DNA from: Auanema rhodensis
Lineage: Eukaryota; Animalia; Nematoda
DNA length: 64,000 bases
Reading direction: 5' to 3'
Assembly: GCA_964057225.1 (NCBI GenBank)
Contig: OZ059900.1
Location: forward strand, 10,044,001-10,108,000
This document shows positions 49,232 to 63,862 of this stretch, piece after piece. Position 1 is the stretch's first letter. Each line of letters opens with the position of its first letter. A model generated the notes under the pieces. The model had not been told where the DNA came from. It saw nothing but the letters and a program-made list of their open reading frames with translations, and made no database searches. The position numbers and the translations under genes are program-made.

Positions 49232-52200
49232 CTGTATGCTATTATAAAATATGATATGACTATTACATATAAATAGTATATTAATATTTAAAAAATAAAC
49301 TTACTATATATGTATTGCGATGGATATAGTTAACAGCGATTGTTTTCGATGATGCATACCAGAGAACGATTGTTGCTGTATTGATGAGATTGTTGACTGA
49401 CCGACTGTGTAGTCGTCGATCTTGCATCAAATGAAAATGCAAGAGACTGGCAGGAATTGAGGTTAAACAAGGAGAGCCTGTTTCACATAAACTATGCTGT
49501 ATAGCAGCGGGTGCAAATGGGAGAGAGTGGGAGAACAGAAGAGTGGAAAACAAGATGACTAAGTTTAAAAACTGAAAGAAAGATGTGATCGAGCGCTGCT
49601 ATTTTTCAGCGCCAGCAGCTATACAGCAACAGGCACACTGAAGTAGATGTAAAAGTGTGATGATGGCTAAGAGTATATGGGGAAATCGAAAAATGAAAGG
49701 AGAACACAAATGTATGGGGCCAGGATAGGACGAAGGAAGTAAAATCCAACCGTCGACGCAAGATTTCAAGTTGCGAGATGAATAGATTGAATGATCACGA
49801 CATCATTTTCTATCCAATAACTTGACACTATGCGTTAAGCGTAGCTAGACTGCCGACGACCGATGTGGGTAACCTCCGACACAAGGACTGAACGAATTAG
49901 CCATTGACCTGGGCGTATACACACCGTTGTCAACCAATGCATTGTAGGCGGAGCCTATATCAGACATAGGGTAGAGACGCGGAGGACAATTCCATCAGAC
50001 AGTACAAGATATTGAGAGAAAAAGTAATGTGATGGTATGAGAGATTATACAAATACCGGAGAGGCAGATGGGCGTTACCATTCTTCAGATCGTGATTGGC
50101 GATGACAATGTGTATATGTTTGTGTGCTCACTCCCACCATCATCTACGCTCTCCCTCTAGTACATCCCATATGTCTCTAATCAACACAACCCTCTCACAT
50201 TTCCTTACAGCACGGTACACTCTTCGCATCTTAGTCTCTCTTTTCATCTCTAACTCTGGCTATTTGTAATGCTATAACGATTGCTCGTTGGTTTCCTCCA
50301 CGTCACGTTTTGTAACTGATGTCCCTGCCTAACTCTCTTTCTCTCTGCATCAAATTTTACGAACCTCTGTACACCCAGCAACTCTCTTCAACAATTCGGC
50401 TCTCTATTCGACTTTTTCAATCTTTTCCATCAGTACAATCTCTCAAACGGAACTCTGTCTATCCAAGTAGAAATAAAAATATAAATTTTTCCTTTTAACA
50501 ATAAGTTATCAGTGAAATCAACATAAACTCCAATTTCCTAAGAAAAAATAAATAAGTTCAATAAATGGAAAAGAATAAATATGAAATATTGATTAGATAG
50601 GTAAACTAAACCACTTATACACACATACGCACACATCGACAAAGTAACGGAGACAAGAGAAAAGGAAAAAATACTGATTTTGACCCTCCACCCCTGTTGC
50701 TAATGCACACACATACATTACGTCTAATGTACTGAAAGCATAAGTTCTAACAGTCACAAGCTAGTGAACAAACTAACATCTACCACACACAAGATAATAT
50801 TTTGAGAATGAAAATAGCTGTGTATGTGTGTTGATTAGGACTTTGATTTGAGTATTATAACTAACTAAACAGATATAATCAATATAATTTAAATGTATAT
50901 CAACATTCAAAAATAATAATATATACTATATACTATGTATATATATATTCAAATATTTTATTGCAGATTGTACAATGATAAATCAATATTATATTGTCGT
51001 ATTCGTTAAGTCAAGATGTTGCTCAGCTGTGAGTGAGAAGAAAAGATGCATTACTAAGCATTAAACTTCTGATTATAATGGAAACATGTGCTTATGTTTA
51101 TACAAACTAGACAATAGATCAAAAGCTATTGATTTTTTCACATGTTATCGCATATGTTTTCAATTTTCTCCATAATCTCAAATCATAAACTATATCTGAG
51201 GGTAATATTCCAAACGTTCAAATTCCAACACAGCAGAAAAACGAAGAAAATTTTCATTCAAATCAAAACCAAAAGAAATTGGAAAAGAATTTTCACCAAA
51301 AACCACATAAAAACCTGGCACATGTGTGATTAATCAAATCCTTCTTTTTTTTCACAACATCTTAACTATATAGTACATATACATATAGACATATTTGTAT
51401 GAATAGCTTTAGAATCCCTCTTCAATTGCAATTCATTCATATCTATTTTGAAATTGAACTTTAGGGGGGGGGGTGAAGGAATAGGTATGTATGTATATGT
51501 ACATAAAATTTCAAATAATAGTTTATCAAACTATTTTTTTTATAATTTATGTATACATATACATTTACCTTTTCTTACTTTTTTGACATTTTGTCATTTG
51601 ACAAGATACAAGCAATCATGTTATGTACCTATGATTATATATGAAAAAACAATTTCATTCTTGTGTTCTATTCTAATGAAAAAAATATGCAAAATGATAG
51701 TTTCATGCATATAATATATAATCAATAGTTATATTTTATTATATGTATATAGTTATAATAAATATAAATTTATAACTAGATTGCTTGTATATAGTCGTAT
51801 ATCACATGTATTTCCATTAATGATGATCTCTTCCTCATATTCTTCTTATTACTATAAACTTTTTTTCTATTAGTATTTCATTCTTATCATTTTTCATTTT
51901 TCCCATTTGTTTTCAAAATATAAGTCTTTTATCATATAAAATACAACACATATATATACATATTATTGATTATATTTCTTTTTTTATCAAATTTAATACT
52001 TTTAGTTTTTCTTATAATGTTATAGTATTGCCGAATTTTATCGATTTTTTTGAGTTTCTGTCAAACTAATTGTTTCCGCTTCTCTTTTGTTTTCTATCAA
52101 TATTCACGCAATTTGTATTACATATTATATAATTCAAATTAATATCACATAGTAGTTAATGTATTCTTCTTTATTCAATTTAATAAGTTTAAGTTTATTA

Positions 52201-54139
52201 TTCGTATCAAGATTGTTCATTTTATACAATTTGTCTTTTTTCTTCTATCGTTGATTGTTTCCTATTAATCTATTACTCTCTCATGCTCCCATTTTTTTCT
52301 CTAATAATCTATACTATGAACACGAATATTATTTTCATTTCGCTTTTTCAGTGTTTGCAATGCTTTTTCATTTTTTTCTTTCATTGCAAATTAATTAATA
52401 TCGATTTTGTTCAAACAATTCTGATAATGATAGCAGATTTAAGATGTTCTCTCTCTCACTCTTTCTTTCTCTCTCTTTCTCTTTTACACATCCATATATG
52501 TATTGATTGTTTGCTATATTTTCAAGATAAGATTGATGAATCTTTATGCTTTCTCTTTACCTATACATTGAAACACAATTCTTATACAATATATAACCAG
52601 ATTATAATAGCAAATGCCATTAAAATAATAATAAAGAATAATATGATATATGGCATATTTCAGAATAACATTAACAGTATTTCTTCGCCACATAATTATA
52701 GATGAAATCATCATGATCGTCACCAACCAAAGGATTTTAAAAATGAAAAAGAAGGATACAACTAGTCATTACATTCGATTAAAATCTTTGAAATATTCCA
52801 ATAAAAGATCACTTTCTTTTTTTTCTAAAACAAAAAAAGGCTGTAAATCTCTTCAGTCTGCATAAATCTATCTGTAGTTTTTTCACCCGCCAAATGAATT
52901 TCAATGAAACTTGCGCATGTTCAGACTATATACTGTATGAAAGATTGAAAAAAAGTTTTATCCTATTTCAGTCTCTAATTTCGTATACTATTAATATCTT
53001 TTCTCTCTTTCTCTCTCTCTCTCTTTCTTTCACTTTTGATACTCTCTACCTGTCTTTCTCTCTTTTTCTCTATCTCATAGATATATACATTTATATCAAG
53101 TATAATATCTTTCAGTTTTGTCTCTTATATCTGTTTGGTAGAGCGCTCAATGTCCTCTGACCTGAACAACTCTATATTTGGTATTTTCTCGTGTCAGGGC
53201 TATCGGAACTATCTTATGATAGATATGTGCTTGATAAGAGAAAAAGAATCAGACAAAAAAATAACTTTTCAAGGCCGAAAATGACTGTCATTCCTTGTAT
53301 CTATATAGGCAATCTGCCTAAGTCAAACGTTCTTAGCAAGATAAGTAGAGAGAGAGTTTGAGAAAGAGAGTTAAGACACAAAACAGTAGCTATATGCTTG
53401 TAAACCATATATGCTTCATTTTATAATTTCATTGACATTCCTTGTGAGTTGATTATTCTAATTTGATATGTTTGATATACAGAAACGAGTATAATGATGC
53501 CGTTGAATATGATGATAAACCTATTCATTTCCCGGAAATTCAAATAAAATTCGGAGATAATATCAAGATTTACAGTGGATTCAATGATTTAGTATTATAG
53601 CATTGTTTAATGAATTTATAAAGACAATATATTAAAACTGTTTGATATTCCTGTTAAAATAATTGTAGGCAAATAATTTAATTAATTATACAAGTTAATC
53701 AGTTTTAATTGATTGATACGTAATGAAAAAGTGAGTTGAAAAGCTAAAAAGTGATTAAAATGCATTTCAATTTGAATTAGTTTGTTCACCAAATGACTTT
53801 TTCTATTTAATCAAGCAAATAAATCAAAAAATCGATTACAATTCGTAACTTCTTCAGCATATTATATATACATATACATATATATTTATATTTATATCTA
53901 TCTATTGCGCATAGAATTGCTAAAAGGGTTTAGGAGTAAGGGGTGGTTAATTTATGGGAGATGTCTTACTATTCATTTATTATCTTTAATTATATTTTAT
54001 TACTACCTGCAATGAAATAGAGCATGGCCAAGTCTATCTATAATATGTGAACATAGACGGGGATTTTATTCGCTTAAGTGAAAAATTATTATTGTTATAT
54101 CTATACAGTTGAATTGCAATCTGAATGAGTTGAAACGAC

Positions 54140-54212
54140 AGTTTCGTTTATTTCACATTGATTACTCAACTATGAAAGCGAGAATGAGATCATTTGAAAG
54201 TAGTTAACGGCT
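54140..54212 (+). ncRNA. Second bantam-family pre-miRNA candidate (mir-81-like)
   Basis: TGAGATCATTTGAAAGTAGTTA at 54185-54206 (seed GAGATC). The upstream TTATTTCACATTGATTACTCA can pair with it, with bulges. Confidence 0.6.
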
Positions 54213-57200
54213 AGCTATGAAATGGATGAGAGATTATAGTAGCCTCTTTCTGAAGGCCAATAGGTTTTTAAACTATTTCAGAAGTAAATTCTTTAAATTC
54301 TGTAATGCTGTAGGAGATGTATTGATATCTAAAACCATTGGAATAGGTTTCATTTTGGTTATGCTAGTTGTCAAAATAATTAGTCAATTATACGCATATT
54401 TCTTTTGAAATTTTTGAATATTTTGGTGCAAATTATGTATAATAACAGTATTATATTATATGATAATTATTGATTGTTCTTATAATAATTATATATTTAT
54501 ATAATAATTCTATGTATATTTGACCCTTTGCTATTTGTATATGCACAGTCAAACCGTTCGCTCACTTCCATATAACATATACAATGCGGAGAGAAACAGT
54601 TAGTACTAAAGATAGTTCCATAGTCATCTCTGTGAACAATAGCTATACAGGTTAAGTTATTCAGATGGCGTGTTCCGTTTATAGCCTAGTCAGTTGTAAG
54701 AACTGGATAAGTGAAGAATAAGAAATATGGTTTTTATGTAGCATTGTATCAAACTCACCAGACAGACGGATAGTAACGATTGTTGAAATGAACAACATAG
54801 CATGAATATCGGCCTGACAATGGGTAAGTGATCGCGTCATTGGTGCAATTCAGCGGAAAAATGCATTCAGTCTATGTGTGTTGCGGACAGGATGATTAGT
54901 CAGCCATAGGCAGCTGAACGATTTTGCAGATGTCATGCAGTTGGCTGACAGTATTCCATTTAATCTTTTCAAAAATATTCGTCCTGTACATTTTTTTGGA
55001 AGAGTATAGCCACATGAAATGCATATGACGCTTCAAGTACAACGCTAGGTCAAGCTATAGGAGGGGAGGGGGCTTTATTATGAATTTTAATGAAATGAGC
55101 TATTGAAGAGGTACTTTGCTGCTCATTTACACATGTAACTGACTGCTCATAATTCATGTTCTCAGTAATTTATTCACATTTTCTTGTACTTTTTCCCATT
55201 TGCATGAAGTTGTATGTAATGAGCATATTAATACACAAATAGCAAAGTAATTCAATGTTGACTAATCCATCGTTGTAATGCAAATAGGCTAATGCTCTGT
55301 ACGGTATCGGCTTAGCCTTTGGCTGTGTCCCGCAATGTCACTAGCAATTCTAATTGTCTTCCTGTTCTCTCATACATCACTCATTTCTGTGACTGCTTCG
55401 ATCTATAACTCTCACGTTATGTCTGATCTCTATCTTCTTAAGCTCTTTTTGTCTATACCACCTCAATCTCTGTTGGACCGCTCTCATAATGTACAATCTG
55501 TACTGGTCACCCCTGCTGAGCTAGATGGTCGAAACAAGCCGTTTCGGAAGAGGGCAAGGTCAAGTGTTTGTCGACATTACTCTGTCATCCGGTCCGCGCT
55601 TTTAGTCAACTCGAATGCCGCTCAACTAAATGAGGGAATGTTGAAGAAAAGAGAAAGGTTAGCTGACAGAAAGCAAAAAATCAAAAAACGTCACTTCGAC
55701 TCAAAAAGATACTAATCACTCTTACACATGAATTACCGAATCTAGTACAGCATTTCTATGCAGCCCACTTCATTTCATCTTCATTCTTTCGTTAATTTTC
55801 AATGATCCGCGTTAAATCCGTAACTAACTCAAGCTACTATTGATATAAGAAAGCCGATGAACAAACGAGAGAATTATTTTGCCGCCATGAATCGTCTAAC
55901 AATACGCAATTAGTTTCATCGTAATATGACTCACAATGCAAAATTTATATTTATATATGTATATATATATTTTTTTGTTGTCTCATTCATCTTTTAAAGA
56001 TGAAAAGAAATTCAATTTCAACATATGAAAGAGAACAAGGGATGAAGTTATTCATCTTTCCGATTATTTCCCTAATAGTCACAATAACTATATACATTTG
56101 ACTCACTAACTATGAGTCAAGACAACTGTAACAATGACTATTTCAGTTTTACTCTATGAGATATTGACTGAATCAATAATGAGTATACTAGATGATGAAC
56201 AGTATAAAGATCTCAATGATGACAATGCTGCTGATGATGATGAACAGGAATAAATAAAACTTATTTGAACTGTGTATGGTGTGCCTGAACAAATTTCTAC
56301 TTAAACATGTCCCATAGAAAGTAAATATAGCATTGTGGTAATGATAAAAGGGATCACAAATATCATTCTAATAATTATATACCATATAATCTATGTTCAA
56401 AATGTATAAAAATCTGTTTTTTTCATGATATATTATATATAATGTATTCAAATTTTCACATATTTTCTATAATAATAGAATAATCGATATAGAGTTTAAA
56501 CGTGTCAATTTTTGACTGTTGTTATGCAGGAAACCTGTGTTATACACATGCCTATGGCAAAAGGTTATATTATTTCCTTTTAATTATATTCTCTTCTTGA
56601 ATAGAAAATATTCTGAAACAATTGAAAATACTATACTTTGTATAATCCAGCTTGTAAACATATAGTATCCATGTATAAACTATAATAAATATTCCATTTT
56701 ATGATGATATGTCTCATTATTCGTTATCATTTGCATGATTCATGTCATATAACCTATTAATCTATGAATTAAGATATACAGAAATTATAAAATATGCATG
56801 AGGTCAGGTCATATTACCTGATTGATATTCTCTTGATCATATATCTTTTTTATTATCTTATATGTGAATCATTGTATATGCAAATAGATATGAAATATGC
56901 GTTGTGCATATCATCAATATCAACGAAATTGATTATAATTCTGGTTAGCGCTTGAGAAAGGGGCCTGAAAGAATCATATGAATCTTTCAAATGTTATAGA
57001 TCTCTTTCTAATCAAGAGGGGTTTTCAAAATACAAATCGATAGTAAAGAACATGGTTGTTTTGAGAAAAATATGTATTCAATCTGTATATTACACTGAGC
57101 TAAGTTTGTTCAAATTAACAAATATATACTATATATTATATAATTTAGATTCAAATATCTGCCTATATGATTTTTGAACTATGAAAATTTCTAGCAATCG

Positions 57201-58024
57201 AATGAAAATATGTTAATTTTTTGTTTTTATAAACTCGAATTTGTTGCTTGTTGCCATTATAATTGAAATATTAGATTTCTTTTTTGCTTCAACCAAAATA
57301 AGTTTTTTTCATTTTTATTCTTTTTTTTTTTTACAAAAACAGCATTGAGCAATAAAAGTGAGAAATCGTTCTAGTTGCAATGTATTGTACGTGACAGCTG
57401 AAAAATGCTGAAAAGGAAATGTTTAGTTAATGTATTAAGAGTAACTTTGCTTCAATAAAATGTACAAACACATTTCTTCTATTTAGCCTCGCATTAAATT
57501 TTCATTTGTGTAGTTCGATGAAGAAATGGAGAAAAAACAGTAAAATTCATTCAAATATTCTCCAGAAAACAGATAGTTTCAAGTAATCAAAATGCTTTCT
57601 TTGAGGGATTGAGTAAGCTTATGGGAAAAGTTATAGTTGTAAGCTTAAAGCTTATCATTTTTATTATTTATTCATATGTTTTCATGCAAAAATTAAAAGC
57701 ATAATTTATTAGAACCAAGTAAGAAGAACATGCAATCTTTACTATATATATAATTAGATTACTATTCCATTTAGTTTAGTTAATATGTTTTATAATAGCT
57801 CTTTAAGCTGTACATAGTAGAAAAAACGGAAATCCATTAGACTTTTATACATTATAGTATAATTTCTATATAGTTAAGGCCGGAAATAATCCGGAAATCA
57901 GAAAATGGAAAAAGGATGGACCAAAACAGAGAACATAAAATCTTAGCAGCTCATCATAATCATTTGATTCAACTAACAGCAATAGCTGTCAGACAAGCTA
58001 CATCTAAACTATTTCAAGTTAATC

Positions 58025-61000
58025 ATGTACGGCTTGATTATTGATAATATCGTTACTTATATTCGTGAAAGATATGGAGAAGATGCATGGAATGAAATTA
58101 AGGTGAGACTTTACTATACTTTACTGCAATCTACCTATTGTTCAAAAGATAAATTACCGTAAAACATTACTTATACTAAGCGTTACCTTCGAATAAGAAT
58201 GAATTTTTCTTTCCAATTACAAGTCATAAATTACAAGATGTTGTCCTTCAAAAGTATTAGCCTTTTTCCTACAAGGTCATGCTATATGCTATAAAAACAT
58301 GAATATTAGATATAGCTATCAATGCATTTGTCATTCATTTTTGAAAAAAAAAACACAACAAGGCAATTCTGATTAATTTACAACGTGAATTCACATTTTC
58401 GCTACTTTGGGCATTTTCACTTACTCAGGATTGATCTATACGTTTTTTTTTGCTGCAGCTAATGAGAAAAAACTTTTTTTCCGCGTCAAAATGCAGAAAG
58501 ATCTGATTTTTTCAATGAGGCGCTTCAAAAATTTCACAGCCCCGATTTGGCGCTTATCTTAGCCACACCGCTTAAATATCGAGGTCAGCAAAAATGGCGC
58601 CGGGAAAAAAGCGCATAATGTCGCTTTCAAAAATATTTTGATGTCTCAGAGTTTTTTTCATCTCATCGTCCTTTTTTTTGCTGAAAAGGTTCCGAAACAG
58701 ATTGAGGTCATCCGTCGTTTTTTTTTGGCTTTGTCATTGACAATATTTGAAGCAAACATGAACGTTTCTTACATTTCGAGGGCATTAGCAAATATATTTT
58801 GAAAAGTTATGTAGTTGTAAGATAGATATTTGAGTAATGTTGAGTTAAAAATAGTTTTAACTGTACTAATTATATGTTATTTACTATATTCTTATAGAAA
58901 GTTATATAAACATAACTTATCTTAAATTCATATTATATAAATTGATTTAAGTATGTTTCGGGACTTGCGCAAGATGTATATGGTATGGATGACATATATT
59001 CAGAAGGTTTAGCTCATAAACTGATTTGGGCTTGTCATGATGTGACTAATGAAAGTGTGGATACCATCCTTAACAATGTTGGATTTTCGTTTTATCGATT
59101 TTTAGCCAAATACGAATTTCACAAGGTTTTTGGCGCTAAAATTTATAATTATTTGTAATTATGTATAACAGATTGTTCGGGTACTTGGAAGGACGTTTCC
59201 ACAATTTTTAAATGGTTTGGATAATCTTCATGAATACTTGAGATTCTCATTTCCAAAACTCAAACCACCATCATTCTATTGCGAACATGAGAGTAGAACC
59301 GGACTTACACTTCATTACAGGTTGTATTGATAAAGGGCAGATGGTTTAAAACAAATTTTTGTCTACTTTAAGAAGTAAACGTCGAGGATTCTTGCATTAT
59401 GTGCAAGGACAAATTAAAAATATTGCTAAAGAACTGTTTGAAACGGATGTGGAAATTGAGTTATTGGATCATGAGCATGATAACAGCATGGAGCATGTAA
59501 TTATGCGACTTCATTTCAATAATGTTCATTTCTTTCGATCGGTAATTAATAGAAACATAATTCAGTTTTGATCAAAGTAAAACTTATTACAGGATCGTTC
59601 ATATCAACAAGTTTCAAGCGTAACTAGTACTATACGTATAACATCTGACATCTTTTTTGATATTTTTCCATTTATTATTGTTTTCAATCGTGGAATGAGA
59701 ATAAGGTATGATCAGATTTCTTTTGCATTTTGTGTCGCTTTGCATGATTTTTCGGGAGAAGACTAGTAGTGTACGCATGCTTTTAAGAAATGTTGGTATT
59801 GGACTTTTACGTGTGATGTCAAATTTGGTCGGGAAAAAAATAAATCAACATTTTTTCTTGATGAGACCATTTATCCGGTTTCGATGGGAAGAAGTAATTG
59901 ATTGTATCATACTGGGTCATATTACAAAGTGATTTTATAGATAATGCTGCATTCCAATAATATATTTGAGCTTATGTCAAATGATCCAATTATTGAAGAT
60001 GATGAAGTGATGTTCAACTATAAACATACTGATCCTGATCAAAGTATTGTTTTTATAAATTATGCGGTTTATATTGCATGATAAAACTTACTACAGTGGC
60101 TGAAGAACGATCTCGAATGACAGATAAAGAACGTGAAAAGTTTTTATCCTTAAAAGGGCAAATGTTTTATATGGAAGAATGGGAAAGTATCTGCTTTATG
60201 GGAATACCAGTGTAACCTTTATACACTCAAAGTTGTTTTTTTTGAATTTTGAATTTTAGAATGAGCAACTTAGGCCAAATGTATAAATCAGGTCTTTTCA
60301 TCAATGATTTTGCTTTGCATGACAGTAGCAGAGATTTGGTGTTAGCTAGTACGCAACAAGCAGCTGAATTAAAGCTTCTTCTGCATCAAGTATATATTGA
60401 TTATTGAAAGGCTAGAGTTATACTATTAATAATTAAGGAAGCTCAAAAAAGTCAGAATATGTCTGATAATATGGTTAAACTGAAATCTGAACGAAAACGT
60501 GCAGATCAGTTGTTATATCAGATGCTTCCTCGTAGTGTAGCAACTTTGCTTCGTAATGGAGAGAGTGCTGTAGCATGCTGCGAGGTTTGCGTTTTCTTGT
60601 TTTTGATTTGAGTATAAAATTTTATTTCACAGAACTTTGAATCTGTCTCAATTGTGTTCACTGATGTGGTCGGATTTACGAATATTTGCAGCACTATGGA
60701 ACCACTAGAAGTCGTAGAACTACTTAATTTGATGTACACGAAATTTGATCAAGTAATTGATACTCATGATGTCTACAAGGTAATTTTTATAATCAGTCGA
60801 AGAGTTGGGAGGTTTTTCGATCAATATAGGTGGAAACAATTGGAGATGCATACATGGTTGTATCTGGTGCTCCGAATAGAACTCAACATGATGCTGAATA
60901 TGCTATTGATAGTGCTATGTCATTTATTCGCGAAGTTGGTGAATTAGATGATATCAAACAAGCAGTAACAATAAATATACGGTAAAGTATAACACACGGA

Positions 61001-61628
61001 ATAGCATATAAAGAATGGTTGTGTAGAGCTGGCGTTCATTCTGGAGCAGTAGTTGCTGGTGTTGTTGGCCTCAAAATGCCTCGATATTGTCTATTTGGTG
61101 ATACTGTTGTCTTAGCTAATGCTATGGAAGCACATTCTAAGGTATGTTCCAGGACGTGTAAGAAAAATAGAAAATCTCTCTTTTAGCCGATGAGAACAAA
61201 AGTTAGTCAAGCTACAAAGAAAAAAATTGAAAAACAAGCTAAAGGGCTGTTCGTTTTTGAAGAAGCTGATATTGTTGAAGTTAAGGTATTTCAATCTACT
61301 TTTAATATTCCGAGCTTAATAAAATTATCATTTTTTCTAGGGGCAATCCTTACAAACATTTCTGATTAAATGTAAAAATGCAGAAGCACGAGCACCAACT
61401 CCTCGTTATGAGCCAATGACTGATGAAGAAGAAGCGGATGAAGAGGTCGACGAGCTATCGGTTTTAAGTTGATAATATAGAGCATTATAACAGAGATCAT
61501 TCCAGAAAACTGTTAATCGTGCAACCAAGGAGCTGAAAAAAACGAAAGGACGAGCTACATACACACCAGTCTCGGACGCCGAAATTGAAACCTTTTCCAG
61601 AGCATCTAGAACGTCAAGCCGCTTCTGA
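58025..61628 (+). CDS. gcy-31: Atypical soluble guanylate cyclase (H-NOX, PAS-like, coiled coil, cyclase)
   Basis: MYGLIIDNI..., [96 protein letters not shown]. Confidence 0.92.
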
Positions 61629-61919
61629 TAACAATATATACACAGAACACAAATTTTCTGAAGTAAATATACGTAGACACCTCTAATATAACTGAAATCA
61701 CTCATGACATGACATTCATTGAATAAAATAAATGATAATCATCATAGAAACAAGAACGAAGAAGAAACAGATAAATACAGCTATCTGACTTTTAACGGAT
61801 CCGTGAGAAAGAATGCTGGAAGGGGATTTTAGACAATTCACCTAAAAAGATTTCCAAGAGCGATATAATCAAGATTTCTGTGCCTTATGGTCAGCACAAG
61901 TCGCATCAGGAAACACCTG

Positions 61920-63391
61920 TTTTCAGAGAGCAATTGCCAGTTACGCTGGCTCCTAGAAAATGTTTTCTAAAGGGTATTGGTTTGGAACGGTTAGTATCCA
62001 TCAGAAAATGTTATTTTCTGTGGGTCAGCGTAACCAGTATTAAGAATCGCTCACTTTCGGATTGCTTCATACAAGTTACGCTAACCCCCCGAAACATTTT
62101 TTCCAGGAGTGATATAGGTTTCAGGAAAACTAGTCTTAAAAATAACTTTTTCTGTGGATCAGCGAAACATGCAACGTTATCAGTTTCAGACAGATTAAAT
62201 TTGCAGGTTACGCTGGTCCACAAAAAAACTTTTTCTAGTGATATAAGTTTTCAGTAGCTTATTGTTTTAGGGTGTTGTAGGATATGCAGGCAATGCTTAC
62301 TACAGTAGTCTCATCAAGTGTCAAGACCAGAGAATGAGTCTTTGTATAAGGGCAGTCGTTCACAACCGCTAGTGTACATCAGAAAATATTTGTTTCCTGG
62401 GGATCAGTGCGAATAACTTCCAAGATCGTTAGTTCACAGATTTTGGAAGAGATTCACACTGACCCACAGAAAATGATTTTCTGAATCAGGGTATTGGTTT
62501 GGAACGGTTAGTGTTCATCAGAAAATTTTATTTTCTGCGGATCAGAGCGAATAACTTCCAAGATCATTAGATTAAAGATTTTGGCAGAGATTCACGCTGA
62601 TCCACAGAAAATGATTTTCTGAATCAGGGTATTGGTTTGGAACGGTTAGTATCCATCAGAAAATGTTATTTTCTGTGGGTCAGCGTAAACAGCATTAAGA
62701 ATCGCTCACTTTCAGATTGCTAATGCGAGTTACGCTGGCCCCCAGAAAAAATTTTTCTAGTGATATAGGTTTTCAGTAACTTATTGTTTTAGGGTGTTGT
62801 AGGATATGCAGGTAATGCTTACTACAATAGTCTTAGCAGGTGTCAAGACCTGAAAATGAGTCTCCGTATCAGGGCTGTCGCTCAAAACGGTTAGTATCAA
62901 TCAGAAAAATTATATTTGATGTGGATCAGTGCGAACAACTTCCAAGACCGTAATATCAAAGATTTTGGAAGAGATTCACGCTGATCCACAGAAAATGATT
63001 TTCTGAATCAGGGTATTGGTTTGGAACGGTTAGTATCCATCAGAAAATGTTATTTTCTGTGGGTCAGCGTAACCAGCATTAAGAATCGCTCACTTTCAGA
63101 TTGCTAATGCGAGTTACGCTGGCCCCCAAAAACATTCCTTAAAGAAGTGATATAGGTTTCTGGAAACTGGTTGTTTCAGGGTGTTGTAGGATGTGCAAGC
63201 AGTGTTTAGTACAGTAGTCTCATCAGCTGTCAAGACCAGAGAATGATTCTTTGTATAAGGGCAGTCGTTCACAACAACTAGTGTCAATCAGAAAAATTTT
63301 ATTTGCTGCGGATCAGTACGAATAACTACCAAGTTCGTTGGTTCAAAAATTTTAAAAGAGATTCATACTGACCCACAGAAAATAATTTTCA
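61920..63391. repeat. Complex array of ~9 hairpin modules and three ~150-bp linkers
   Basis: Recurring stem TTTTCTGYGGRTCAG...CTGRYCCACAGAAAA with two or three loop types. The linker containing AGGGTGTTGTAGGAT..GTCAAGACC recurs at ~62237, ~62758 and ~63148. Confidence 0.88.
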
Positions 63392-63601
63392 GTTTTCTTA
63401 GTTCGAGTTGTCTTAATATATTCAAGGGATCAGGTGTTATAATGTGTATTAGCTGGTAATAAGTTCAGTAGTTTAAGTTTTTTCAAGGAATTGCTGGAAA
63501 AGGCTATTTTTTCTCAAAAATTTCTTTTTTTTTCACGTGGATAAGCGTGAACATTGATAACAACTTAGAGAAAAAGTCATTCGTTGTCAAAAAGCCGAAA
63601 A

Positions 63602-63862
63602 TTAATATATCGTGTTCAGATTTGCAATTAGAATTAGACAGCTGTAAATGTTTTCAATTTTAGCCAATGTTTCGGTTTGTATGCCTTTTGACTGAATATC
63701 ATATTTCCGAAAAGGATTATTCTTAAATTGGTTGCTTACCATTATATAGAAGGTGATATTCAATATTATAATTAACAGGATAATTTGAATCAAGCGAACG
63801 ATAGCACGCATCCTGCGCAAAGGATTAAGATTAATTGCTTTCAGTTTAGTCGTTCGATCCAT
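63602..63862 (-). CDS. Possible type II membrane-anchored ORF or gene fragment
   Basis: Basic N-terminus plus a hydrophobic stretch after an acceptor-like TTTAG; no continuation identified. Confidence 0.25.
   Translation of the reverse strand: MDRTTKLKAINLNPLRRMRAIVRLIQIILLIIILNITFYIMVSNQFKNNPFRKYDIQSKGIQTETLAKIENIYSCLILIANLNTIY

Noticed and set aside
54897-54950. GTCAGCCA...TGGCTGAC hairpin
   Set aside because: Large asymmetric bulge and no recognised miRNA seed.
44300-57900. Numerous 60-140 aa F/I/L/Y-rich ORFs
   Set aside because: Composition expected from AT-rich and microsatellite non-coding DNA; no exon chains.
58340-58790. GC-richer segment in gcy-31 intron 1, possibly a transposon
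   Set aside because: No termini, TSD or second copy visible in the window.
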